Assembly (NCBI GenBank): GCA_023213395.1
Contig: CM041465.1
Coordinates: 89,721,741 to 89,785,740 of the forward strand
Direction of reading: 5' to 3'
Length of the DNA stretch: 64,000 nucleotides
Source: Cycas panzhihuaensis
Taxonomy: Eukaryota > Plantae > Cycadophyta
The notes beneath the pieces are model-generated. The model was not told where the DNA came from. It did no database searches and saw only the letters and a program-made list of their open reading frames with translations. Every line of letters begins with the position of its first letter. Positions within the stretch are counted from its first letter, which is position 1. Both the position numbers and the translations under genes were made by a program. Below, one piece after another: positions 1-9,063 of the stretch.

Positions 1-698
1 TCTGCCACCTGTGGACCATCGAGGCCCACTCTGTGATGGGGTGTGGTCCCCCTGCTGGTGCCACCGTCGTGAAATGATAAAAAAACTAACACTGTAGCAG
101 TGTGCTATATGACAACCTGCCTCTACCGGTCATCCTGATAGTGTCTAGCTAGGCGACGAGGTTCGCCGCTATCAGGGTCGCCTAGTCCATCCTCTCACTG
201 GCTTCATAGCGATGAACTGCATCTAACCATCCACCTAGTATCTCCCTATAGTTCTGCTTCTGGGAAATCCAGAATAGAACACATAGTATAACCAGCTTCC
301 TCACCCGAGGAATCCCTGACATCAAGATGCCCTGAGGGGGCTCCCCTCTGCTCCCATTTATCAGCTCCTATGAAGAACAGGCTGCCTCCCCTGGCCGCCT
401 CGGTGCTAAGCGGCCCCGATCTCACTGCCTCCCTCGCCAGTAACTCCCAAGATTCTGCCGTATATCTCTTGGCGTGACCATCACATCACCTACCTGTGGT
501 AGGTAGAACACATGTCTCCTCCTATCCCAATGAGATACTATGTCAACCAGCAACCTCTAATCTGATGCATACTGAGGTGTCTTGAGGGCCTTGTATAGGC
601 TACACCTCTGCAGGATCTCCCTGTCCTCCTGTGACGCCATCTCCATGTAGCTCAACATGGCCATACCCACGTTCTCAAGTATTCACCGCGATGACAGC
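1..698 (-). pseudogene. Plant Mobile Domain (PMD, PF10536-like) ORF remnant
   Basis: Minus-strand translation gives RLLVDIVSHWDRRRHVFYLPQVGDVMVTPRDI..ILGV and MD*ATLIAANLVA*LD...STLLQC*FFYHF. These match the PMD motifs LL..LV..W....H.F.LP.GE..ITL.DV..ILG and W....LA.LY..L...LLQ.W. Contains stops and a frameshift. Confidence 0.7.
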
Positions 699-1369
699 CT
701 GTTCACACCAAAAAATAATTCAAGTTAGCTTCACATCAGTTACTATCATCCCTCACTCTCTCAAAACTCTCTCTGCCTGAGATTTGGGGCTCTTTTGGCC
801 CTTGTATCTATTTTCCTCCTTTTCTGCCTTCGTACCACGCCAAACTTAGTGGTACCGCTAAGTTTGACACGGGTCCTGCGGTGATCGGGTCCCGCGGTAA
901 TGATCGCGGCACCGCGATCATTACCGTGGTACGAACGGTGATCCCCCAAAAGGGGGGATTTCTGCCCTGAAAAATAAAAAAATTCTTCTGGTGGACCCCG
1001 TGGGGCCCACCGGGACCAGGGCTCCTTAATGCCCAGGTCCCCGCCTCTTTCTGGGTCCGATTCGGACTCCGAGGGGCCTCTGATTGCCCATAAGGGGCAC
1101 TAAAAACCACATGAAACTACGAAAAAGCAATGAATTTCAAACTTTGAAATATGTTGGGTTTAGTGATATCCACTCACTGGATCTGGTCTCGCTATTGCCA
1201 TGCCGTCTTGTCGATCGCACTGACCCTCTCCGCTCTCCGATCTAACAGTCTGATCTCTCTCTGCGTGCCTCCAAAGTTGGGCGACGCTCCGCTGTGTAAG
1301 GGAATGGCTCTGGTTTCGTACGAGAGCCGGTTAAAATAAATCCATTTTACCGTTTGATTTCCTTATATA
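699..1369 (-). promoter_or_regulatory. Putative TATA box and 5' intron of the PMD transcription unit
   Basis: On the minus strand: CTATATAAGG at about 1361-1370, donor GTGAGT at 1177, branch-like CTAAC at about 724-728, and T-rich tract plus AG acceptor at 699-700. Confidence 0.4.
841..929. repeat. Two adjacent near-perfect palindromes
   Basis: 841-866 CAAACTTAGTGGTACCGCTAAGTTTG (one mismatched pair). 895-926 CGGTAATGATCGCGG-CA-CCGCGATCATTACCG (15-bp perfect stem, extendable to 892-929). Confidence 0.9.
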
Positions 1370-1885
1370 GGCGGGGGGCCCAACGGGCACTTCCTCCGTT
1401 TTTGACCTCACGGCAGCCGTTGGGACCATCCCGTCCCCCTATTTACCTTTGCCTTCTGGCCTTATCACCCATTGTGCTCTATTGATGCCCTTTCTACCCT
1501 CCCTTGCAAGGGCATTTATGGTGCCTCATTATCGCACTTTTGTTAGGGCCCTTCTGCATCATTTTGCGTGTTACTCTCGTGCATGCCCTAGTTTATACTC
1601 ATTTGGCTCGTTCCATCACCCTGGACTCGTTTCTGCGGCCCTTTCTCACTCTTGGAGTCCCCAAAGGGAATGCTCCCCCTCCTGGGGGCATGTTTCACTT
1701 TCCGAAGTGACCTTTTGGCGCCCCAAGAGGCTTTTTCTTCCGACCACTCTCTACCGGTGATCAGATTGCTTGCTCTCGCCCTAGGTAACCTCATTGCTAG
1801 GTCCTCCTACCAGTGATCGGATTGATCGCTTGCCTTTCAAGTGTTGCTTTCATTATCTATTGACTACCAGGATTTTGTGTCACCT

Positions 1886-2098
1886 ATGTCCATCTACATC
1901 TTTACCGACGGCGGAAGCCACGGTAATCCTGGACCTTCCGCCGCTGCATGGATTCTCCGTAGCCCCTCTGGACACGATCTCCTCCACTCTGGGATCTTCC
2001 TTCCAGAGGCTACTAACAATGAAGTCGAATATATAGCTATTATTGAGGCCCTTACTAATGCCCTTTATTTCCATTGCGGATCCATCGTTTTGCTTTGC
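1886..2098 (+). pseudogene. Archaeal-type RNase HI (aRH), N-terminal half, interrupted by insertion
   Basis: MSIYIFTDGGSHGNPGPSAAAWIL...ATNNEVEYIAIIEAL contains the first two catalytic residues. The frame continues at 7935 once the insertion and one TSD copy are removed. Confidence 0.9.
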
Positions 2099-2217
2099 TG
2101 ATGGAAAAAATATGGAGCCAAAGTGCTCTGATACCAAATGATGGAAAAATATGGAGCCAAAGTGCTCTGATACCAAATGATGGAAAAAATATGGAGCCAA
2201 AGTGCTCTGATACCAAA
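2099..2217 (-). repeat. 3 tandem copies of a 40-bp unit containing the tRNA-iMet PBS
   Basis: TGATGGAAAAAATATGGAGCCAAAGTGCTCTGATACCAAA at 2099-2138, 2139-2177 (one A fewer) and 2178-2217. Confidence 0.97.
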
Positions 2218-2623
2218 TGTAGGAAAATATGCTTACAAACTAACAGGTTAGAACATATATCAAATAAGTATAAACTAGTATTGCATCAATACAGCAGTGT
2301 ATCACCATTACAATGGCATAAACACCTGAGAGCCTTGTTGTTCAATCCATTGTAGTAGAATGAGTATTACAAATCTTCCTCAAAAGTAGGTAGTGTCTAA
2401 AGACATCAGGGTTGTACACCCCTTAACATTTATAGTTTGGGGGAGGAGGGAAACTCCTCAACCCCTGAATTCAAATTAATAATAAAATAATACTAACTTA
2501 ACTCAAATGGAACTAACTCAACTTACCTTAACTTACCTTGACATGTTGAGCATCACATGTCTAAATTGAGGTGCACAATCTCGGTAGGTAAGAGGGAGTT
2601 GAGTGATGACATTACACCCAACA
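2099..2623 (-). repeat. 3' LTR (includes three PBS-containing units at the U5 end)
   Basis: Core 2218-2623 matches 7525-7929 with 7 substitutions and 1 indel by manual count. PPT lies immediately inside. Confidence 0.95.
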
Positions 2624-2634
2624 TTCTCCCCCTT
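2624..2634 (-). promoter_or_regulatory. Polypurine tract
   Basis: Minus strand AAGGGGGAGAA immediately precedes TGTTGGG of the 3' LTR. Confidence 0.9.
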
Positions 2635-2703
2635 AATGTCAGTACGAACACTTGTATCTTTTCCTTGAACTTGTGGGCGGTACTTGAAAAAAACTTTAAA
2701 ATT

Positions 2704-3324
2704 CTAATCTTGATCTTTGTCAATGCTTCTCACCCTTATAGTCACATATATCTCTTTATTATAGAATGATGTAGGAAGACTATAGGTAGATGAAACTTGA
2801 TGCAAAAGTAGATGAATAGCTATAATTTGGACTTGAACTTTTGTACACTTTATGCTTTGAACAGTTGTCATATCATCAGGTTCATTCTTCGTTATGTCAT
2901 AAGATTCGTCTTCATGATGCTCCCCCTCAAATGGAGGATCAAATCCTTGTGCAACAAGGTGGTCCTGCATTTGATCTGAATCTTCATTGGTGTTGCCGTT
3001 ATGATCTACCTGTTCTGTCACCTGTCTCACATGCTCATCAAAAGTTTCATCAAATACATTGGGGGTATCTCCCCCATAAATAGAAATCAATAAATCCCAA
3101 ACAGGCTTAGATGTTGTCAGTTCAGAAACCAGTGAAAAAATATCATCAGTAATAGTGCAAAATAATAAACCTAAAATTTCATTATCTTTTCTAAAGTTTT
3201 CTTTAATGCTAAGGTCAAATTCATGTTGTAAATACTTTAAAAGATCATGTTCAATAAAATAAGTTTGCATGGTGTCATACCATAGTGAAAAGTTATGGCC
3301 ATCGAAAATGGGGAATTGTGCCAT
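2704..3324 (-). CDS. Truncated Ty1/copia-type Gag (open 206-aa ORF)
   Basis: N-terminus PIFDGHNFSLW..M..Y....DL...L and KD...L..L...I.DDIF........K.VWD.L...Y are typical of the copia Gag N-terminal/UBN2 region. An acidic tail follows, with no zinc knuckle. Confidence 0.8.
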   Translation of the reverse strand: MAQFPIFDGHNFSLWYDTMQTYFIEHDLLKYLQHEFDLSIKENFRKDNEILGLLFCTITDDIFSLVSELTTSKPVWDLLISIYGGDTPNVFDETFDEHVRQVTEQVDHNGNTNEDSDQMQDHLVAQGFDPPFEGEHHEDESYDITKNEPDDMTTVQSIKCTKVQVQIIAIHLLLHQVSSTYSLPTSFYNKEIYVTIRVRSIDKDQD

Positions 3325-5402
3325 TTTGAAAGTAATTTAATCAATAAGAAAATGATGATAAGATCAAGTAGAAATCTTGAGTAAACAATGAGATATAAAC
3401 TAGAATTTTCTTTAAAATTTTGAAAGAAGACAAGCTTTTTAGGATGTATATATATGCTCAACTTTAACAGATTGAAAACTATATTGAATGAGGTCAGAAT
3501 AGCTTAAAATTTTATCAATATGTAGATTGCTGAGATGTGAATCCAATAAAATAAACGGTTTTGAAAATGGATACCAATAAATCACGTTTTGAATGAGGCA
3601 AAGGTATGAACCTCCTTGTGGAGCCTAACAGGAGCAAGGTAGGCAAAAATTGCATAAAAATACTAATTAACCCTTAGAAAAGATGAACAAATGATCAAAT
3701 ATTATTGATGAAGTAATTAATATTCTGCCAATTGAAAATTTTGAAAAATATATTAAACAGTTGTAAAAAATAACAGATTTAGGCCAATAGAATACCTCAA
3801 TTTTGACCGATTTGAAATATAAGAAAAATGTGTCAAAATATATGGAAAAATATATCACAATGAAGAGAATCACCACTTCCCAACGGTTTGACGGAAATGA
3901 AATCTGATAAAAATTGTAAAAGTTATAGTGAAAAATGTAACAAGTGTCTTTATGAAGGATGTTCAAGAAATAGGCAAAAACAACTAAATTTCTTATTTTA
4001 GCGATTAAAATATTAGTGAAGATGAACTCAAAAAATTAAAGTAGAAAATGGGTATTAAAGTTTATATGACGTAGATCACTATAGAGAAAATTTGGGCACA
4101 AAACAGTTTACCAGAAATAAATGACAGCCAGTTCTAAAACTGATTTTGTTAAAAATGTAAAAAATGCTGAAATTTTGAAAGTCCAATGTTAAAAAGGTCG
4201 AAACAAGGTCAAATGGGCACCAAATTGGTCTTATGACCAGTTGAAATCAGAGTACAAAAAATTTCTGATCTATTGGCGTAGGTTTCGTCTGAAACCGATG
4301 AGCCAACAGGAAGTTATGGCCACAAAAGCGCCAATAACCCTATGAAAAATAAAAATTTGAAAAAAAATAAAAGGAAAACGTTTAAAAACCTTTTTAAAAA
4401 TGGGTAGCAGTCACGTGATGGTGAAATAGAACTGAGGGCTGAGAGTTTAAACCCTTAAAATCGGATTTGAAAAAATCATATAATAAATCTTAATTTTTTA
4501 AACTTTATATTATTAAAACAATAGAAAATGATATTCCAGACGCGAATTATAAATCGAAATCTGCACACTTAAAGGGGCTGCACAAATGTAAATAAGAAAC
4601 GACTAATATATAAGAAAAGAGCTATCAATATATTAATGAAGTCGGCTGCCAATATATTAATGGTTGTGCTGTCCGCCGATATAATATATATGTAATATAA
4701 AAGCTGAAAACATTCAAGCGCCTTGTCATACCAACGGGAAAGGACAGATATATAATATAAAAGTCTGAAATGGGAAGATGAAACACAGAGCTGTTAATGC
4801 TGAAAATTTCAGACGCCAATGATAAGAAGTTGTGCCGCTCCCAACGCAGACGAGCGCCGAATGCAGACGCAAACGCCAATGCCAATGATAATCGAGAATC
4901 GCCGACGCCAGTGAAGTACTAGCCGTCTGGCGGGCAAACACGAGCAATACACTAGTTGCGCCAATTCAGGGTTCGAAGCAGAGTGCTGAACGTAATTATC
5001 AATGCAACAAACACGATTGCAATTATTAATGCAACAAACACGATTATTAATGAAGAGTGCGAATGCGATTATTAATGAAGAGTGCGCTGTTATCAAGTGC
5101 TGGACCGTAGGGCACCAGAACAAAACCACCGCGCATTTAAGATGCTAGAAAAGAAACCACCATGCACAAAAATGTGAGAGACGCTGGAAGAGAGACGCTG
5201 CGCAACGCGCCAATAATGAAGCCACTGCGGGCGTCGAGGATGCCAAACGCCATTATTAATGACCACCGCGGGCTGCGCGACGGGAGGAAAATGGGAAGAA
5301 CATTGTCAGTTAAATAGAAGACGAGAGGCACTGCACAGATTGCGCAGATCTGCAAACAATCCGTTGTCGTTGTACCAGAGGAGAGGAGGTTGTGTCACTC
5401 GC

Positions 5403-5846
5403 AACTGTGAGATTAAGAAAATTATATACGCCAAAGCGAATGAAAAGGTCACAAGCGATGTGGATCCTAATTTTTATCTTAAGTATACAGATATACATGT
5501 GAGCGTGCCTTGCGTGGAGCAAGACTTCATGCTAGAGCAGTTCACGCTGCACCAATGCTGGTTGAGGGATATTACATATGGTGCCCCAATCATTGTTGAT
5601 GTTGAATACACAAGAGGGAAAGAGATTATTTGAACGAAAAGAGAAAGAAGGGTAGGGAGCTCTTATAATTGGAAGAATGCCTATCATGCTACGAAGTTGC
5701 CGTTGTGTGCTCAAAAAAAAAAAAAAAAAGGTCTAAACTTGCAAAGTTTTGTAAATGTCCTCTTGATCCAGGAGGCTATTTTGTTGGTAAGGGGACTGAG
5801 AAGGTTATTTTAATCCAGGAATAGCTCTCCAAAAAATCGAATAATA
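5403..5846 (+). pseudogene. NRPC2: Captured fragment of RNA polymerase III second-largest subunit
   Basis: [28 protein letters not shown]...[23 protein letters not shown]...[16 protein letters not shown]...[38 protein letters not shown] and QEQLSKNR are RPC2-type rather than RPB2-type. Contains stops and frameshifts; no intron visible. Confidence 0.9.
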
Positions 5847-5891
5847 TTTTATAGTGTTTTTAACCTGAAGAGCCCTATGGTTGTTTTGTCA

Positions 5892-6060
5892 GATGAAGTG
5901 CAGGTCTTAAAGCATAAGATCTTATGGCTTGAAGCTAACAATGCAGCCCCAAGAAGAGCTACAGGAATGCCGTGATGGCTCTCAACTTCTCGTGGATCGT
6001 GCAATAGATCTATGGTTCAAAGAAGATGAACTTTGTCAATGGATACAAGAACTGAGTGGT
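5892..6060 (+). pseudogene. Captured fragment resembling the plant kinesin-4 (KIN4C/FRA1-like) post-motor coiled coil
   Basis: DEVQVLKHKILWLEANNAA/frameshift/QEELQECRDGSQLLVDRAIDLWFKEDELCQWIQEL resembles the remembered kinesin-4 stalk motif E.Q.LK.KI..LE..N.EL..ELQE.R......RA.D....KD.L...IE. Confidence 0.65.
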
Positions 6061-6077
6061 CAAGTTATATCCTTTAT

Positions 6078-6214
6078 CCAGAGGTCACAAAAGATGTTGT
6101 CACTATTGCAAAAAAATTGAGTTCAAAGACCAAGCAAAGAATGTTGGTGCAAGTCTTGTTAAGCAAGTTGCTAATGCAACCAATGATGCAACTGGAAATG
6201 GGACAACATGTGCT
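6078..6214 (+). pseudogene. HSP60: Captured fragment of mitochondrial chaperonin-60
   Basis: PEVTKDVVTIAKK/frameshift/EFKDQAKNVGASLVKQVANATNDATGNGTTCA matches plant mitochondrial PKVTKDGVTVAKSIEFKDK.KNVGASLVKQVANATNDVAGDGTTCA. Confidence 0.9.
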
Positions 6215-7470
6215 AATAACCTTGCATAATGAAGGACTTCTGGAAAACTATTGGCATATTAGTATGTGTATTTTATTTGTATTTTATAGAAATCGAAGTA
6301 TGCCCTTATTAGCTGAGGATGCAAAGAGGAGATGAAACTCTTCTCATATGCCTATCCTAAATCTATGATGAGCCTAATAATGGCTTCTACTTCCTGATAG
6401 AAAGTAGGAGGAAATGCCCAAAAAATGCAGGGATGTAATAGGAAAGCAGCAGAATGTAGAAAGCAGAATACAGAAACAATATGCCTTCTTTGGCCTTCAA
6501 GATAAACTATCAATAAAATTTTGAGAATTTTGTTGTATTCTTTTGTAAAGAATAAAGTAATTGATAGTTTTTGCACTCCTTTTTAGTCACAAATAAAAAT
6601 GCTTATGTGCATGAGATGTTAAAAAAATATGTAATGTAAAACATATGAGAAATGAAATATCAATGTGAGGAGCATACATTTTTCAAATATCTTGAAGAAG
6701 TATATCAAATAAATGAAATGCACATGTATTTGTATATGAAATATTTCTAAATCTGTGTATATATCAGAAATATGAGTTTAGATATGAAAATGTAATGAAA
6801 AACACAGTAAACGAATGTAATAGATTTATAGCTGAAAATAGGCTTCAAAAACTTCCAATATACAGATCTGCAATGTAATCTTCTCCAAAAATATTGAATA
6901 TGCTCCAGAAACTGTAGATCTGTAAAAAACTTGAAAATATAGTCAAACAATATAATGAAAAATATAGATCTGAAATGGATGTAGCAAAAAATGCTGAAAA
7001 TTTTTGATAAAATAAGCAGATCTATAATAAAATAGCAGATCTGAAGTAACAAATTACAGATCTTTAAAGAAAACTTGATAACTTTTGTATTCAGTTGATG
7101 CTCTTTTACAAATCTGTAAAAAATATCAAATAAATAGACAAATAACTTGTAAACTGTCAAAATATATGATAAATCTGTAGATCTGAACAGAAAATAACTC
7201 AAATATAAGAATAAACTTAGATGTATATCACTTGCTGCTGAAAATCCTTTGTAGATCTGCACAAATCTGAAAATAGATCTCAGTAATATTTGTTGAACCA
7301 GAAATATAGCTCAATAATAATAAAAAATGCTGAAATAATATATAGAACTTGCTAAAAATTTCAGAAAACCAATCTAGTTAATATATATTGCTTGTGAAAA
7401 AAAATCTGTTGTAGAATGCCAGAAGATCCTGTTGATCTTCTTCAAAACTTCAGCAGGTCAGCAATCGCCT

Positions 7471-7482
7471 GCTCTGATACCA
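7471..7482 (-). promoter_or_regulatory. Primer-binding site (tRNA-iMet)
   Basis: TGGTATCAGAGC on the minus strand, 2 nt after the 5' LTR end. Confidence 0.95.
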
Positions 7483-7484
7483 AA

Positions 7485-7929
7485 TGATGGAAAAAATATG
7501 GAGCCAAAGTGCTCTGATACCAAATGTAGGAAAATATGCTTGCAAACTAACAGGTTAGAACATATATCAAATAAGTATAAACTAGTATTGCATCAATACA
7601 GCAGTGTATCACCATTACAATAGCATAAACACATGAGAGCCTTGTTGTTCAATCCATTGTAGTAGAATGAGTATTACAAATCTTCCTCAAAAGTAGGTGG
7701 TGTCTAAAGACACCAGGGTTGTACACCCCTTAACATTTATAGTTTGGGGAGGAGGGAAACTCCTCAACCCCTGAATTCAAATTAATAATAAAATAATACT
7801 AACTTAACTCAAATGGAACTAACTCAACTTACCTTAACTTACCTTGACATGTTGAGCATCACATGTCTAAATTGAGGTGCACAATCCTGGTAGGTAAGAG
7901 GGAGTTGAGTGATGACATTACACCCAACA
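7485..7929 (-). repeat. 5' LTR (one PBS-containing 40-bp unit at the U5 end, 7485-7524)
   Basis: Direct repeat of 2178-2623, followed on + by the TSD TTTGC. Confidence 0.95.
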
Positions 7930-7934
7930 TTTGC

Positions 7935-8120
7935 GACTCTCAAGTTGTGGTGTCTCATCTCACCTAGGTTTACCAGGTGCGATGCCCTCACTTGAGGACT
8001 CTTGCTTCTGCTGCCAAATCTCTCCTGGCCTGCTTCTCTTCCATCGATATCCAACATATCCCTTAGGCCCTCAACACTGAGGCAGATAGTCTCGTTCGCC
8101 TCATCCTTGAGCGGCGCCTC
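7935..8120 (+). pseudogene. Archaeal-type RNase HI (aRH), C-terminal half
   Basis: DSQVVVSHLT*VYQVRCPHLRTLASAAKSLLACFSSIDIQHIP*ALNTEADSLVRLIL contains the DSQ and N..AD motifs. Two TAG stops at 7965 and 8064. Confidence 0.9.
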
Positions 8121-9027
8121 CCTCTCCTTACTGACTGTCCCTTAGGCTTGTCTGGCCTTCCTGTCGCCCAAGCCCCAGGTCGTCTTACACTTTGCTTTGC
8201 GACCCATTCGCACCTCCAAAACCTAGCTACTAATGAGGTAAAACTATGGTGCCTACCATTTGCTTACTCTTTACTTGATTATGCATGCTCTTTCACATCT
8301 TTTTTGGTGGGGGTAGCCCCCTCACCTTTCTCATTTTTCCAGTCAGTTCCCAGGTGGCTCATAGGCAGCCCTTATGTTGTCTCCACCGCTACTTTTGTAT
8401 CCACGCGTTCTGCCACGACACTTGTCGGCGCCCTTGCCTACTATTATGATCTTGATTGACATATCTATATACACATGTGCTCGATTGTGTTGCCAAAGAT
8501 TCGCCATCGCACTGTGCTTCCAAGCGACGAGGCTCACGCGCGAGGCGGTGTTTCCGGCCTCGGAATGGATACGGAATCACCGACTCAGGTAAGTGCAGGT
8601 ATGTTTCTCACCTTATCATTGCTTTCTTTTGATGAGTGTTTGCTTGCATGTCTGCATATTTGTGGCTTTGTAGGTGACTTTGTCTTCGTCTACACTTATT
8701 TTAGCCTATGACGACTATAGCAGGGGCACACTCCCAGCAAGTGTGGCACCCTGGTGGCCACTCCACTTCCCGCATCTGCCCTTCTCGCTCCAAGATCCAC
8801 TCGGTTTGCGCCACCTCCGCCCGTGTGATGACTCGTCATCGTTTGGTCGACTTGCCACACCGTTTGAGCCCTACTTTTGCTCTTTTGGACCTGTTTATTG
8901 GCTTGTGTACCCCTGGGTGGGTGTCTTAGCCCCCTATTAGCTCTTTTTGTCACCTGGCCCTAGCTTAGGCTGGCTAGTCGGGCCTGCTTTTGCCTCTGGG
9001 TTGATACCACTGAGATTTTCATGGTAC

Positions 9028-9063
9028 CGCCGGAATATCCGCGGTACCGCGGATTTTACGGCG
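9028..9063. repeat. 36-bp imperfect palindrome centred on GGTACC
   Basis: CGCCGGAATATCCGCGGT|ACCGCGGATTTTACGGCG, two mismatched pairs. Confidence 0.85.

Larger units (their letters stand above)
2099..7929 (-). mobile_element. Non-autonomous gag-only (TR-GAG-like, copia-derived) LTR retrotransposon carrying captured host-gene fragments
   Basis: TG...CA termini and perfect 5-bp TSD TTTGC (2094-2098, 7930-7934). Two LTRs, PBS at 7471-7482, PPT at 2624-2634, copia-type gag ORF, no recognisable protease/integrase/RT. Confidence 0.95.

Noticed and set aside
2099-2217. CRISPR-like array
   Set aside because: The units are identical with no unique spacers, the context is a eukaryotic retroelement, and there are no cas genes. 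It is explained as PBS-containing LTR units.
5713-5729. A17 run as the poly(A) tail of a retrocopy
   Set aside because: NRPC2 similarity continues collinearly on both sides, so it is an internal homopolymer replacing a few codons.
5259-5846. Functional NRPC2 gene or an RPB2/NRPD2 copy
   Set aside because: Only ~145 codons of a >1100-aa protein, with stops and frameshifts, inside an LTR element. The motifs are RPC2-type.
6078-6214. Bacterial groEL, suggesting horizontal transfer or contamination
   Set aside because: NVGASLVKQVANATND and TTCA match plant mitochondrial HSP60, and the fragment is embedded in a plant retroelement.
6747-7262. 171-aa hydrophobic ORF as an env-like or membrane protein
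   Set aside because: It is an F/I/L/Y-rich product of a U-rich repetitive leader, with a non-ATG start and no recognisable motif.
7471-7522. tRNA-Met gene
   Set aside because: Only the 12-nt 3' end including CCA is present, which is a PBS and not a tRNA gene.
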